From: an uncultured Phycisphaerales bacterium | GTDB lineage: Bacteria; Planctomycetota; Phycisphaerae; Tepidisphaerales; Tepidisphaeraceae | DNA length: 64,000 nt | Assembly: GCA_963755915.1 (NCBI GenBank) | Contig: CAVWLP010000003.1 | Coordinates: forward strand, 1,461,207 to 1,525,206 | Direction of reading: 5' to 3' | Shown: piece by piece, positions 53,290 to 62,689 of the stretch | Numbering within the stretch: position 1 is the first letter of the stretch | Layout of the letters: every line of letters starts with the position of its first letter | The notes under the pieces: model-generated | The model's input: the letters and a program-made list of their open reading frames with translations, nothing else | The model's database searches: none | What the model was told of the DNA's origin: nothing | Made by a program: the position numbers and the translations under genes

Positions 53290-53996
53290 TGGCGCTGAAA
53301 CGTTCCACGATTAATCAGTCGATTGAAATCGCCAAGCAGGCGTATGCAGGCGTTGGCTTTACGTTACCTCCATTTGCCCATTGGACGGCCGAGCAATGGC
53401 CGCAGAAAAGCGTCAATGCGGACGAAATTCGACTGGCCATGCTGGGCTGGGATGTCACCGATTTCGGCCAAGGCAGATTTGAAGAGATCGGGCGAATTCT
53501 GCTGACGCTCCGCAACGGTTCGTCCAAATTTCCCTCGGGAAAAGACTACGCGGAGAAGCTGATTCTCGATCCCGAAAATCAAAAACCGCCGCGGCATTTC
53601 CATCGCAACAAAATGGAGGACATTATCAATCGCGGCGGCGGGAACATCATGATTCAGCTTTTTCAATCCACTCCCCAGGGTCAGACTTCGGAAGAATCCG
53701 TCACGGTTCAGATGGACGGAGTTACGCGAACGATAAAGGCCGGGGCAATCGTACGCCTCGAGCCGGGACAGAGCATCACAATTCGGCCAGGCATCATCCA
53801 CCAGTTTTGGGGCGAACCCGGAACCGGCATGAAAATTTCAGGCGGGAGATACACCGTCAGCGGCGAAATGAGCCGGGTCTGCGATGACTGGAACGACAAC
53901 TGCTGGCTCGAGCCGTGCCAGCGATTCTGCGAAATCGAAGAGGATGAACCGCGCAGGCATTATCTGGTTCATGAGTATCCAGCACCGAAAAAGTGA
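53289..53996 (+). CDS. D-lyxose/D-mannose isomerase family cupin (YdaE-like)
   Basis: LPPFAHW, GWDVTDFG, YAEKL, HFH..KMEDIINRGGG and HQFWG. TAATG-coupled to P4. Confidence 0.9.
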   Translation: MALKRSTINQSIEIAKQAYAGVGFTLPPFAHWTAEQWPQKSVNADEIRLAMLGWDVTDFGQGRFEEIGRILLTLRNGSSKFPSGKDYAEKLILDPENQKPPRHFHRNKMEDIINRGGGNIMIQLFQSTPQGQTSEESVTVQMDGVTRTIKAGAIVRLEPGQSITIRPGIIHQFWGEPGTGMKISGGRYTVSGEMSRVCDDWNDNCWLEPCQRFCEIEEDEPRRHYLVHEYPAPKK

Positions 53997-54000
53997 TGTA

Positions 54001-56700
54001 ATGAGGCAATCGGTAAAGATTTCGAAAGGCCTGCCTCTACTGATCGTTCTCTGTTACAGCACTATCGGAATTACACAAGTGCCCGGTGAATGGCGCAACT
54101 TCAAAGAGCGCGTCGTACTGAAAAACGACGCGATTGAGGCGGATTTTCAGGCCGGAATCCTCTACAGGCTAAAAGACGTTGCCACGGGGGAAATTCTTGC
54201 CTCCGTGGACCCCACCGATCTGGCCTCAAAATTGCCTCTATTTGGGAAATCGCAAATCGATCTGGACGCCTGTGGTATCGCCCAAAATGAGAGTGAAAAT
54301 TCACTCGATACCCGAATCACGTCGCCCGACGGGGTCATCTGGGAACTGCGCTGGACCATAGAACCGGGAAATGGGGACTTAATTCTGCAAACCTCGGCAA
54401 ACACCCCTCGCGCCGTCGACGAAATGCGCGTTCTGTTCTTCGGGTGCGATATTGCCAACCACGCTCTGGTCTGGGTGGATGCAGGTGGCGTAGGAAAATT
54501 GTGCCACGCGCCTTGGAATGGAGATTTTCTCGGCGATCCGATGTCCACAGGCGCTCCTTGGTCATTTGTCCATCCGCTCGTCGGCTTATTCGAGGGACGA
54601 AACGCGGGCTGGTTTATCGAAGGACGAGATTCGAACATCGGTCCTTCGTGTTGCATGGTGCGCGGAAGTGGGCAGACCATCAATCTCGGAATGATTCGCT
54701 CCTTTCCGGTGCCGACGAATCGGCCGGAAATGTTTGAGATTCGATTGCGCGCTTATCAGCGACATTGGGAAGACGCGGTCGATCCCTATGTTCAGTGGAT
54801 GGAGGCTCAGGGTTATGTCCCGTTCGAGAGAAAATCTCCGAGCTGGACCAGGGAAATCGTAAACCAGGCTTATATTCCGGTGGGTGATTTTGACGACCTG
54901 GAGTCGTTGGCCAACGAGGTGAAGCCGTCCAAGACTCTGATCGGCCGTAACGCGGATTACCGCAGTTACAGCTTCGATGTCGGATATCCGGATTACGAAC
55001 CGACCGACGTCGCCAAAACGTGGCTGAAGCGCGCCAGGGCGATGGGCTTTCACGTGGGCGCGCACTTCAACAGCATGGGGATTTCGCGAATGTTTCCCGA
55101 TCTGGTCGAAAGGATGCGGCCGGGATTTCAAGTCACCGGGCACGACTCTTCGGGTAATCCAACTTACGACTCAATTTACGACGGCCAAATGATCAATTGC
55201 TCGGCGGCGTACAAGCCGTTTCGCGATCTGCTGATCGAGCGGATGCGCGATGCGGTTGCCGCCGGGGTTGATGTGATTTACCTCGACGAAACGAACGGCC
55301 TCGGCGGAAAATTCCTTGTTGATGGTATGACCGGAATTCAGGGTATCGTTGAGCTGGAGAAAGAAATTCTGCAAACATACCCAAACGTGGCGGTGGAGAC
55401 AGAGCAATTCAATCCGATGTCATCCCGCTATGCGGCATTTGCACTCAGCCAAATGCCAATGGGCCATCCGCTCAGCGCCTATATCTTCCACCGTTTTGTG
55501 AAGGTCGTGCCCGAAGGCGTGATGTCGGCGCCGATTGACGAAGCATTAATCGACGAAGTGCAGTCCTGGGGTTGCATGACCTTGGGCGCGGGGCCGATGG
55601 ATCATCCCTGGATTGAGATTGCCAAGGCATTCGAAGACTACGGCCTTAAGCCGGATTTCCGTCTTGATCGCCGGGAGTTTCGTGATTACCAGTCTGATCC
55701 ATCGGAAGGTACGATGCCGGCGCCCGAGCCGATACCCAACGGCGTGACGGTCCGCCTATTCGGTTATCGAGGCAACGACGGCGTAACCGCTTTTTTTGAA
55801 AAGCAGAAATACCAGCGTGGGCTGGTGATTTACGAGCCCGGGAAAAATCCCCAGTGGATCGGCGCTTGCCACGTCGGCATTACTCGCTGGCGTGGCCCCG
55901 GTGCACCCGTGTTCGAACAAATCGGTCGGCGCAGGCCCTATTGGCTTCTCTATAATGGTTCGACAATTCTTGGGCTCGATCCGTCACAAACTTATGTTTT
56001 CACCGACCAAGTCAGTTTGCCCCCGGACCAGTTTCACGCGACCGCGGTCCCAGCCGATTTTCAGCAGTACTACGACGGCGGGCGACGAATTATTTCGCAA
56101 GACATCGGCGATCAGAAATCTTATTACAAATTAACCTTCATCGGCCACGGACAAATCGACGCGTTCGCTCCAGCCGGATACGATCTTTATTTGAATGATC
56201 AAAAAATGACCCGAAAACCGGGTACGCTCATTCAGAGCGCCAGCGTATCCGCCGATTCGTCACGCCCGGCCGTCCTTCGCGCTTTCCGTCGAACAGACAC
56301 CCTGCTCGTCGGCAAATGGGTGAAGCTCCCATGGCACGGAGCCTGGTATATTCCAGGATACATCGTCGCCAATTCGGACCTCGGGTTCACCGGATCCACG
56401 ACCGGTATCGGAACTCTGATCGGAAAATTTCCAATTGCTCGGCACCTTCGATTGCGCGGATCTTACGGCATCCCGGCCGGCAGCAACGGCCTATTTGGTG
56501 ATGGAGTCGTCAGAATCAACGGCAAAGAGATCGTACGCGTACCACATGGGGATCCGCCTTTCAAAATGCGCGATTTTGATGTCGATATATCTAGTTTCAG
56601 CGGTGCCTATGCGATGTTGGAATTTTCTTCCGAAGGAGAAATTGGCGGCGTTAGCCCTCTCATGGAATGGGACAATCCGCAAATCGTCGCAGTTCCATAA
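54001..56700 (+). CDS. Secreted DUF6259-like putative glycoside hydrolase, paralogue D
   Basis: Signal-like N-terminus from ATG 54001; GVDVIYLDE, ETEQFNP and GHPLSAYIFH. Confidence 0.6.
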   Translation: MRQSVKISKGLPLLIVLCYSTIGITQVPGEWRNFKERVVLKNDAIEADFQAGILYRLKDVATGEILASVDPTDLASKLPLFGKSQIDLDACGIAQNESENSLDTRITSPDGVIWELRWTIEPGNGDLILQTSANTPRAVDEMRVLFFGCDIANHALVWVDAGGVGKLCHAPWNGDFLGDPMSTGAPWSFVHPLVGLFEGRNAGWFIEGRDSNIGPSCCMVRGSGQTINLGMIRSFPVPTNRPEMFEIRLRAYQRHWEDAVDPYVQWMEAQGYVPFERKSPSWTREIVNQAYIPVGDFDDLESLANEVKPSKTLIGRNADYRSYSFDVGYPDYEPTDVAKTWLKRARAMGFHVGAHFNSMGISRMFPDLVERMRPGFQVTGHDSSGNPTYDSIYDGQMINCSAAYKPFRDLLIERMRDAVAAGVDVIYLDETNGLGGKFLVDGMTGIQGIVELEKEILQTYPNVAVETEQFNPMSSRYAAFALSQMPMGHPLSAYIFHRFVKVVPEGVMSAPIDEALIDEVQSWGCMTLGAGPMDHPWIEIAKAFEDYGLKPDFRLDRREFRDYQSDPSEGTMPAPEPIPNGVTVRLFGYRGNDGVTAFFEKQKYQRGLVIYEPGKNPQWIGACHVGITRWRGPGAPVFEQIGRRRPYWLLYNGSTILGLDPSQTYVFTDQVSLPPDQFHATAVPADFQQYYDGGRRIISQDIGDQKSYYKLTFIGHGQIDAFAPAGYDLYLNDQKMTRKPGTLIQSASVSADSSRPAVLRAFRRTDTLLVGKWVKLPWHGAWYIPGYIVANSDLGFTGSTTGIGTLIGKFPIARHLRLRGSYGIPAGSNGLFGDGVVRINGKEIVRVPHGDPPFKMRDFDVDISSFSGAYAMLEFSSEGEIGGVSPLMEWDNPQIVAVP

Positions 56701-57926
56701 TGATTTCGATCACCACCCAACCCGATTACCTCGAGTTCTGCGAAGAGCGATTGGCCAACCCCTATCCGTTGTTTGATCGGCTGCGGGCTGAAGAGCCGGT
56801 GCATTGGTGCGAGCCGATGAAGCTTTGGCTGGTTACGCGCTATGACGATGTGCTGCTCGGTTTGCGGAATACGAATTTATCTTCGAACCGAACGGGAATG
56901 TATGCGCAAGTATTGCCGAATGCGCAAAAAAAGGCCGCCCAACCACTGCTTAGCCACATTTCGAAATGGATCCAGCTCACCGACGAACCCGATCACGGGC
57001 GTTTGCGCAAACTGGTCAATCTGGCGTTCACGCCGAAGGTCGTCAATGGGCTGCGCACCAGAATTATGGCGTTGACCAATGACTTTCTCGCCGGCATCCC
57101 AAAGGGGCGCCCATGCGATATTGTGCGACAGCTTTGCTATCCGCTCCCGGCGACCGTGATTTGCGAATTGCTGGGAATTGCCGCCGGGGACCGAGACAGA
57201 TTCTACACAGCAACGGCAAGGCTCATGCAGTTTAGTACCAGAGCCGGCCCGGCTCTCAAAGATTATGTTAACGAAGCCAGCGATGCCCTTGGGAATTTGG
57301 TTTCGATGTTTGAGGAATTGGTGGCGGAGCGGCGGCGTCAACCCTCGACGGATTTGCTCAGTGCTTTGGTCAGCGCGGAAGCTGAGGGGACAAAACTGTC
57401 AAATGAAGAACTGTACGCGATGTGTGTTTTCATTTTTCTCGCCGGCCATGAAACCACAACGAATGGACTTGCAAGCGGTATCCTCTCGCTGCTTCGACAT
57501 CCCGATCAGTTTGCGGCGCTAAACGCAGAGCCTGACCGGTTGGCGGCAGGCACTGTTGAGGAAGTCCTGCGATATGAATCGCCGGTGCCACGCGCTGTTC
57601 GCCAGGCAATCAACGAGGTCGAAATCAACGGGCAAAAGATATCAGCGGGCCAACTTATTGTTTTGCTCTTGGGCTCGGCCAACCGCGACCCGGGCCAATT
57701 TGCCGATCCCGATCGATTCGATATCTCACGCCATCCCAATCGCCACCTGGCATTTGGCTATGGCACTCACTTTTGCCTGGGAGCCGCCCTCGCCCGGTTG
57801 GAGATGGAAACAGTATTTCGCGCAGTCGTCGAGCGACTACCCAACCTAAAACTGGAGCAAAAGACGTTGAAGTGGAAACCCGTAATGGGAATTCGCGCAT
57901 TACAGGAATTGTGGGTGCGCCAATAG
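56700..57926 (+). CDS. Cytochrome P450
   Basis: AGHETT (I-helix), EEVLR (ExxR) and HLAFGYGTHFCLG (heme Cys). TAATG overlap with paralogue D. Confidence 0.95.
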   Translation: MISITTQPDYLEFCEERLANPYPLFDRLRAEEPVHWCEPMKLWLVTRYDDVLLGLRNTNLSSNRTGMYAQVLPNAQKKAAQPLLSHISKWIQLTDEPDHGRLRKLVNLAFTPKVVNGLRTRIMALTNDFLAGIPKGRPCDIVRQLCYPLPATVICELLGIAAGDRDRFYTATARLMQFSTRAGPALKDYVNEASDALGNLVSMFEELVAERRRQPSTDLLSALVSAEAEGTKLSNEELYAMCVFIFLAGHETTTNGLASGILSLLRHPDQFAALNAEPDRLAAGTVEEVLRYESPVPRAVRQAINEVEINGQKISAGQLIVLLLGSANRDPGQFADPDRFDISRHPNRHLAFGYGTHFCLGAALARLEMETVFRAVVERLPNLKLEQKTLKWKPVMGIRALQELWVRQ

Positions 57927-57936
57927 TCTCGACGGC

Positions 57937-59097
57937 TCATGACTTATTGCTGGTCCGCCGTCGCTCCCATCCGGCTTCCCAAAGATTCATCTCCTTTACA
58001 TTAATCGCCGGATGCGCGCGGGCCACGTCGACATTCAGATCAATCCCAAGGCCCGGCGCCGTCGGCAATTCCAAGTAGCCATCGACGCACTTCGGGGCGT
58101 TAATGAATAGGTCCTTCTCCCATGCCGTTTCACTGAAGTCATGGAAAAATTCCTGCACGTAAAAATTTGGCGTCGCTGCATCAATGTGGACACACGCGGT
58201 GGACGCAATTGCCCCCGAGGCTGAGTGAGGTGCCAGCACCCCGTAAAAAGCGTCCGCCATGTCGGCAATCTTGCGCGAGGCGAGAATACCGCCAATGTGC
58301 ACCGGCTCGATTTGCAGGATCTGGATCGCCCCATGCCGCAAGAGTTCTGCCGCCGCCTGCTTGGAAGACAAACTCTCTCCCGTTGCGATCGGCACGGATG
58401 TGGCGCGTGCAACCTCGATCGTCGCAAGCGGGTTGTGATGGGGCACCGGTTCCTCCAGCCATGCCGGGTGGAATTCCTCCAGCCGTTTGGCAATGCGAAT
58501 GGCCTGAGAGACACCAAATCGTGAATGGGCCTCGATCATGAGATCGACCTCTGGGCCGACCGCGTCGCGAACGTACCGTACGATATCGATCGAAAGATCT
58601 TCCTCCTGAGGCGTCAGCATGCGCCAAGACGCCCCAAACGGATCAAATTTCATCGCGGTATATCCGCGCTTCTTCACGCGAACAGCCTGCTGGGCAAATA
58701 GTTCGGGTTTGCGTTCCACGCGATACCAGCCGTTGGCGTATGCCCGCAGCCGTTGATGACATTGTCCACCAATCAACTTGTACACCGGCAGCTTGGTAGC
58801 TTTGCCAATGATGTCCCAGCAAGCGATCTCAATTGCCGCCAAGGCGCTCATCTTGATCTGCCCACCCTCTGCATAAATATCGCGCGAGACCGTGTTCACG
58901 ATCCACTCGACGTCGAACGGATCCGCACCGATAACGAATGGCTTCAAGTCCTCAATCGTTCCTGCCACCGCGTTACTCATCTGCCCAAGACTGCCTTCGC
59001 CCACACCATAGATTCCCTGGTCCGTCATCAGCCTCACGAACACCCAGATCTTCCAGGGGTTGCCGACTACGTAGGTCTCGATATTGGTGATTTTCAT
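57937..59097 (-). CDS. Mandelate racemase family, galactonate/gluconate dehydratase-like
   Basis: AIEIACWDIIGK, YANGW, KFDPFG, IEAH, WLEEP, ATGE, APH and PGLGI. Confidence 0.9.
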   Translation of the reverse strand: MKITNIETYVVGNPWKIWVFVRLMTDQGIYGVGEGSLGQMSNAVAGTIEDLKPFVIGADPFDVEWIVNTVSRDIYAEGGQIKMSALAAIEIACWDIIGKATKLPVYKLIGGQCHQRLRAYANGWYRVERKPELFAQQAVRVKKRGYTAMKFDPFGASWRMLTPQEEDLSIDIVRYVRDAVGPEVDLMIEAHSRFGVSQAIRIAKRLEEFHPAWLEEPVPHHNPLATIEVARATSVPIATGESLSSKQAAAELLRHGAIQILQIEPVHIGGILASRKIADMADAFYGVLAPHSASGAIASTACVHIDAATPNFYVQEFFHDFSETAWEKDLFINAPKCVDGYLELPTAPGLGIDLNVDVARAHPAINVKEMNLWEAGWERRRTSNKS

Positions 59098-59192
59098 GGA
59101 ATGTAGTCCTGACAATGAGCTAAAGGTTCACCGCGATTAGGCCGCCGCATTCGAGTATTTTCTGCGAAAATACGCAAACAGTGGCACAGTCC

Positions 59193-59222
59193 AAGTACAA
59201 TATGGTACAAAGTGGCTAAGCA
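59193..59222 (+). promoter_or_regulatory. Phased array AAGTACAATA|TGGTACAAAG|TGGCTAAGCA
   Basis: Divergent intergenic region. The central decamer is identical to the one at 17835. Confidence 0.7.
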
Positions 59223-59308
59223 CAATCCGATTCGATGGATTTTCAGCGATTCTCTGGGCGAACACCTGCTTATGAAACGAGCGCGAGCTTTGTGAGGTCG
59301 CGGGAGTT

Positions 59309-60157
59309 ATGAATCTGGCGCAAAAATCATTTCCGATGACGGTTCGACCTTACAAGTGGAATGGTCCTTATGCGCGTTGGCGGGCCGACGCTCCTCATGA
59401 CCCGGGGCTTTGCGCGGATCTCCGCGGTGGCTGGCTGGGTGCCGATGAGCGACTCATCCTGCGCACTTGCGAAGTGATGGGTCACCCGCAGCGCCTTCTC
59501 TATGACGATCATTTTCCTCCAACCGAGCAATCAGGACGCGGCAAAAACTATCGCCACGTACCGTTTACCTGGGATGCAGATCGTTCGCCTCAATACCTAT
59601 CGGCTGATTGCCCCATCGCCGATTTCGGCGGGTTTGGACTCGAACTTACGGCAAATGCGGATTCCATCGATATCCATCTCCGCGTGAAAAACTCCTCAAG
59701 CGAGGCGACTGGCCCGATCGATTGGGCGTTTTGTGTCGTAACGCTTGAGTGCGATAGCATCAAGGATCCAAGCCATCAGCGTACATTTATTTTCGATGGT
59801 CACCGGCTGAGATCATTCAGCGAATTGAAAATCGACGGCAGGACTACGATTATTCCCATCAGTGGCGGCGAGGGATTCGTGCCCCTGGAACACGAGCGGC
59901 TTCCGCAGTCTCCGGTAGTGGCCCGCGCGTCATTTGTTGCAGTCGAAGCAGCCGACAAAAAGCATTCGATTGCCCTCGGATTTGAACAGTCATACAACGG
60001 CTACGGCTGCACCGGGAATATGTGCATCCATGCGGATCCCTATCTGGGCAGTGTCGCTTCAGGGAACGTAAAGCTTATGCGCGGAAAGCTTTACCTCATC
60101 GACGGAAATGCCAATGACGCATTGAACCGGTATCACGCGGATTTTGAGGTTGAATGA
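59309..60157 (+). CDS. Hypothetical protein (possibly beta-sandwich/mutarotase-like)
   Basis: 282-aa ORF with a GGGAG ribosome-binding site and protein-like composition. No family recognised with confidence. Confidence 0.6.
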   Translation: MNLAQKSFPMTVRPYKWNGPYARWRADAPHDPGLCADLRGGWLGADERLILRTCEVMGHPQRLLYDDHFPPTEQSGRGKNYRHVPFTWDADRSPQYLSADCPIADFGGFGLELTANADSIDIHLRVKNSSSEATGPIDWAFCVVTLECDSIKDPSHQRTFIFDGHRLRSFSELKIDGRTTIIPISGGEGFVPLEHERLPQSPVVARASFVAVEAADKKHSIALGFEQSYNGYGCTGNMCIHADPYLGSVASGNVKLMRGKLYLIDGNANDALNRYHADFEVE

Positions 60158-60555
60158 AAATGAATATGTTGGCTGATTCGGTATGGGTCCTTAGCCAATG
60201 CGGCGGAGTTGTTGAATATCTAACCGGTACGCGCGCTGCCAACCCCATCTCGCGCCGCTGAATTGATTTGGCAGCACGGGGCGCACCGAGAGGTGCTCCT
60301 GGAAGTCATGATCAATGGCAACGCAGACGCCTGGTGCCGGCGCATCGACGATCAGCGGGCCTGCGGACAATCGGTCTGGGCTGGGTGCGGGTCCAACGGG
60401 TCTCAAGAATGTTCCTTCTACTGGCGGCGGTCTCGGCTGGGTTTGTCGCCGAAGAAAAGGCGGCCGTCCAAGCCGGTGTAAGCCGAGCCTGGGCCGCTGG
60501 CTTTCGCCCAGGTTGTTGTTCAGAGGCGCCCTGCGCCGTGTGGAGAAAACCGAGA

Positions 60556-61687
60556 ATGACCGTTTCGCGGCGTGTGTTTCCTGAGACAGCGGCAGCAGCC
60601 GGAGCTGCGGCGCTGACGTCGTGCGCATCATCCGGTTGTCCCAATGCAACGCGCCAAAAATCAGAGCCAACAGGAAGGATACGAGATGACGCCCGAAAGT
60701 ATGCAGCAAGGTAAACGGATCTATCCAACTCCCTACGGCGATGTTTCCGTCGGCCAGTTCAAGGAAGTTTTGTCGCTGCCCGGTAGATACTTGAACGATC
60801 ATTGCTTGATTCGCGAAGGCGATCAGTGGCATTTCTTCGGTATCGTCGGCCAAATACCCCGGGCTGATCTTCATGACGACGGCTCGCGGAGCGAAATCAC
60901 CTTCGCTCATGCCACCTCCCGAGATCTTCAAAACTGGACGCCGCACCCGGACGTGCTGATGATTTCCGGCCAATGGCCCGAGGTTACCCACATCTTCGCC
61001 CCCGCGGTGTTCGAGCACAATCGACGATTCTACATGCTTTACGCGGCCGCCGACGAGCGAGCCATTCAGCGCATTTGTCTCGCGACCTCAGACGATCTAT
61101 TTACATGGAATCGTTATCCGGGAAACCCCGTCATTGTGCCCTCCGTCTCCTGGTCCCGTTGGCCGGGTTTTGGCCTCGATGCTTCGGACGACGGCTCATT
61201 TGGCGGCTGTCGCGATCCGCACATTATTCAGCTCGATGACGGCAGTTTCGTATCCTATTGGGTTTCCAGAATGCAGGAAAAGTTTGGAGGTGATTTGTGC
61301 TGCGTTGCCGCATCCATTTCCCATGATTTGATCCACTGGCAGGAAATAGGCCCCGTCTTTGCCCTAAGAGCTTGGCATCAGCCGTTGACCCGAGAAGTTG
61401 AATCTGCGTGCGTGGTCCGCAACGACGGGCGCTATTGGCTGTTTTTCAAAAACGGCTGGTGGACCCACTTTGTGGTTTCTGATTCTCCGTTCGATTTCCG
61501 TGGCTGCGAACCGATTCGTCTTGGCTATAGCCACGCTTCTAAAGTGATCGAATGGAATGGCCAGTGGTGGATCACACATTGCAAGACGGACCCTGACGAT
61601 TTCCTGCAGAACAAATCTGATCGAAGCCGGGGCCTATTCATCGGCCGTTTGCAGTGGCCGGACGGAAGTTATCCCAAGGTTGTTTAA
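60556..61687 (+). CDS. GH32/GH43-like beta-propeller glycosidase with a Tat-lipoprotein signal; frameshift between signal and body
   Basis: MTVSRRVF..AAALTSC follows a GGAG site at 60556. The body (ORF 60644) has NDH, HATS.DL..W, FAP, RDP and ES motifs. Confidence 0.7.
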
Positions 61688-61812
61688 TATCTCCTGTACT
61701 CAGGGGCCGGCATCTCAATAGATCCTCTTGAAACAGAAACTGGCTGGGACCGGAGTAGTGGTTGCTGAAACAACAAGCTCCCACGTTGGGGGACACGAGC
61801 ACCGCGCCGAGC

Positions 61813-62168
61813 GTCAGGAAAGGAATCCGGACCAGTTGCGTTCCGTTCTGAAAGCCGCCAAGCATCCGACCGGATTTGTCTGCTACAACGATATCTGGGC
61901 GGTGCGGATCATCGGCGCCGCCAAGTCGATGGGGATGAAGGTTCCGGGAGATATTTCCGTGGTGGGGTTTGACGACAGCGCGATGGGCCAAAAGTATGAA
62001 GTTCCGCTGACGACGATCCATCCTCAATTTCGGGAAGTAGGCATCGCTGCGGTGGATTTGCTGATCGACAAGCTGGACAAGCCGCATTCGCGTCCGACGA
62101 TGAGCGTGCTGGTCACCCCGCGTCTGATCGCCCGCTCCTCCACCTCCCGCGCGACGGGAAATGGGTAG
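61813..62168 (+). pseudogene. Truncated near-identical copy of the 3' third of the GntR/LacI regulator (copy 2 of the inverted duplication)
   Basis: Matches the reverse complement of 25175-25530; upstream sequence is unrelated. Confidence 0.85.
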
Positions 62169-62660
62169 AACTTGATCTCGCCGAGAGTCTTTTCACGCCG
62201 TTTTTTGTGTCCGCTTTAGCGAAACGGTAAGTTGCGTGCCGACAGATAGTTGTCGGGATGAAACCGCAATCTTTGATTCATCACTGGCGATTGCTGGCTA
62301 CCTGGGATGCTGCAGGAGGTGAGGTCATGTCTCCGGGTAGAGTTTTTGGGCAGGTGCGATTTTCACGATTGCAAATCCATAACTGCCAACCGGTCTACGG
62401 TGGTTTAAAAAATGGAATATGACGGCTGCCGATCCCCGAGTTGTTGATCCGTGGATCCTACAATGAAAATCGTCAACTGCTTCAGAAAAAAGAAATACCG
62501 ATATCGCTATAAGCCAAATCCAATTAGCGAATTACATCAAGTTCAATTCCGCGTTTTCCGATTTCATCAGGCGAACCAATATCAGACTCCGGCGTGGATC
62601 GAAAATATCCCAGGGATCGCCTTTTTCGGACAAATTTTTCTTGGCAATTCCACCAAACCG

Positions 62661-62689
62661 TGGTTACAATGGTCCAAAGTGATATATCG
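62661..62689 (+). promoter_or_regulatory. Phased array TGGTTACAA|TGGTCCAAAG|TGATATATCG; a weaker pair lies at 62391-62410
   Basis: 17/18 match to 17835-17852. Confidence 0.65.

Noticed and set aside
54001-57926. Secondary-metabolite biosynthetic cluster (P450, aminotransferases, desaturase)
   Set aside because: No NRPS, PKS, cyclitol synthase, nucleotidyltransferase or exporter is present, and hydrolases and dehydratases dominate. Biosynthesis is not strictly excluded.
61728-62168. Intact 146-aa LacI-type protein
   Set aside because: The first ~28 codons are unrelated sequence; only a duplicated C-terminal fragment is homologous.
25175-62168. Inverted repeat as the ends of a transposon
   Set aside because: The repeat is regulator coding sequence. 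No transposase, integrase or target-site duplication was seen.
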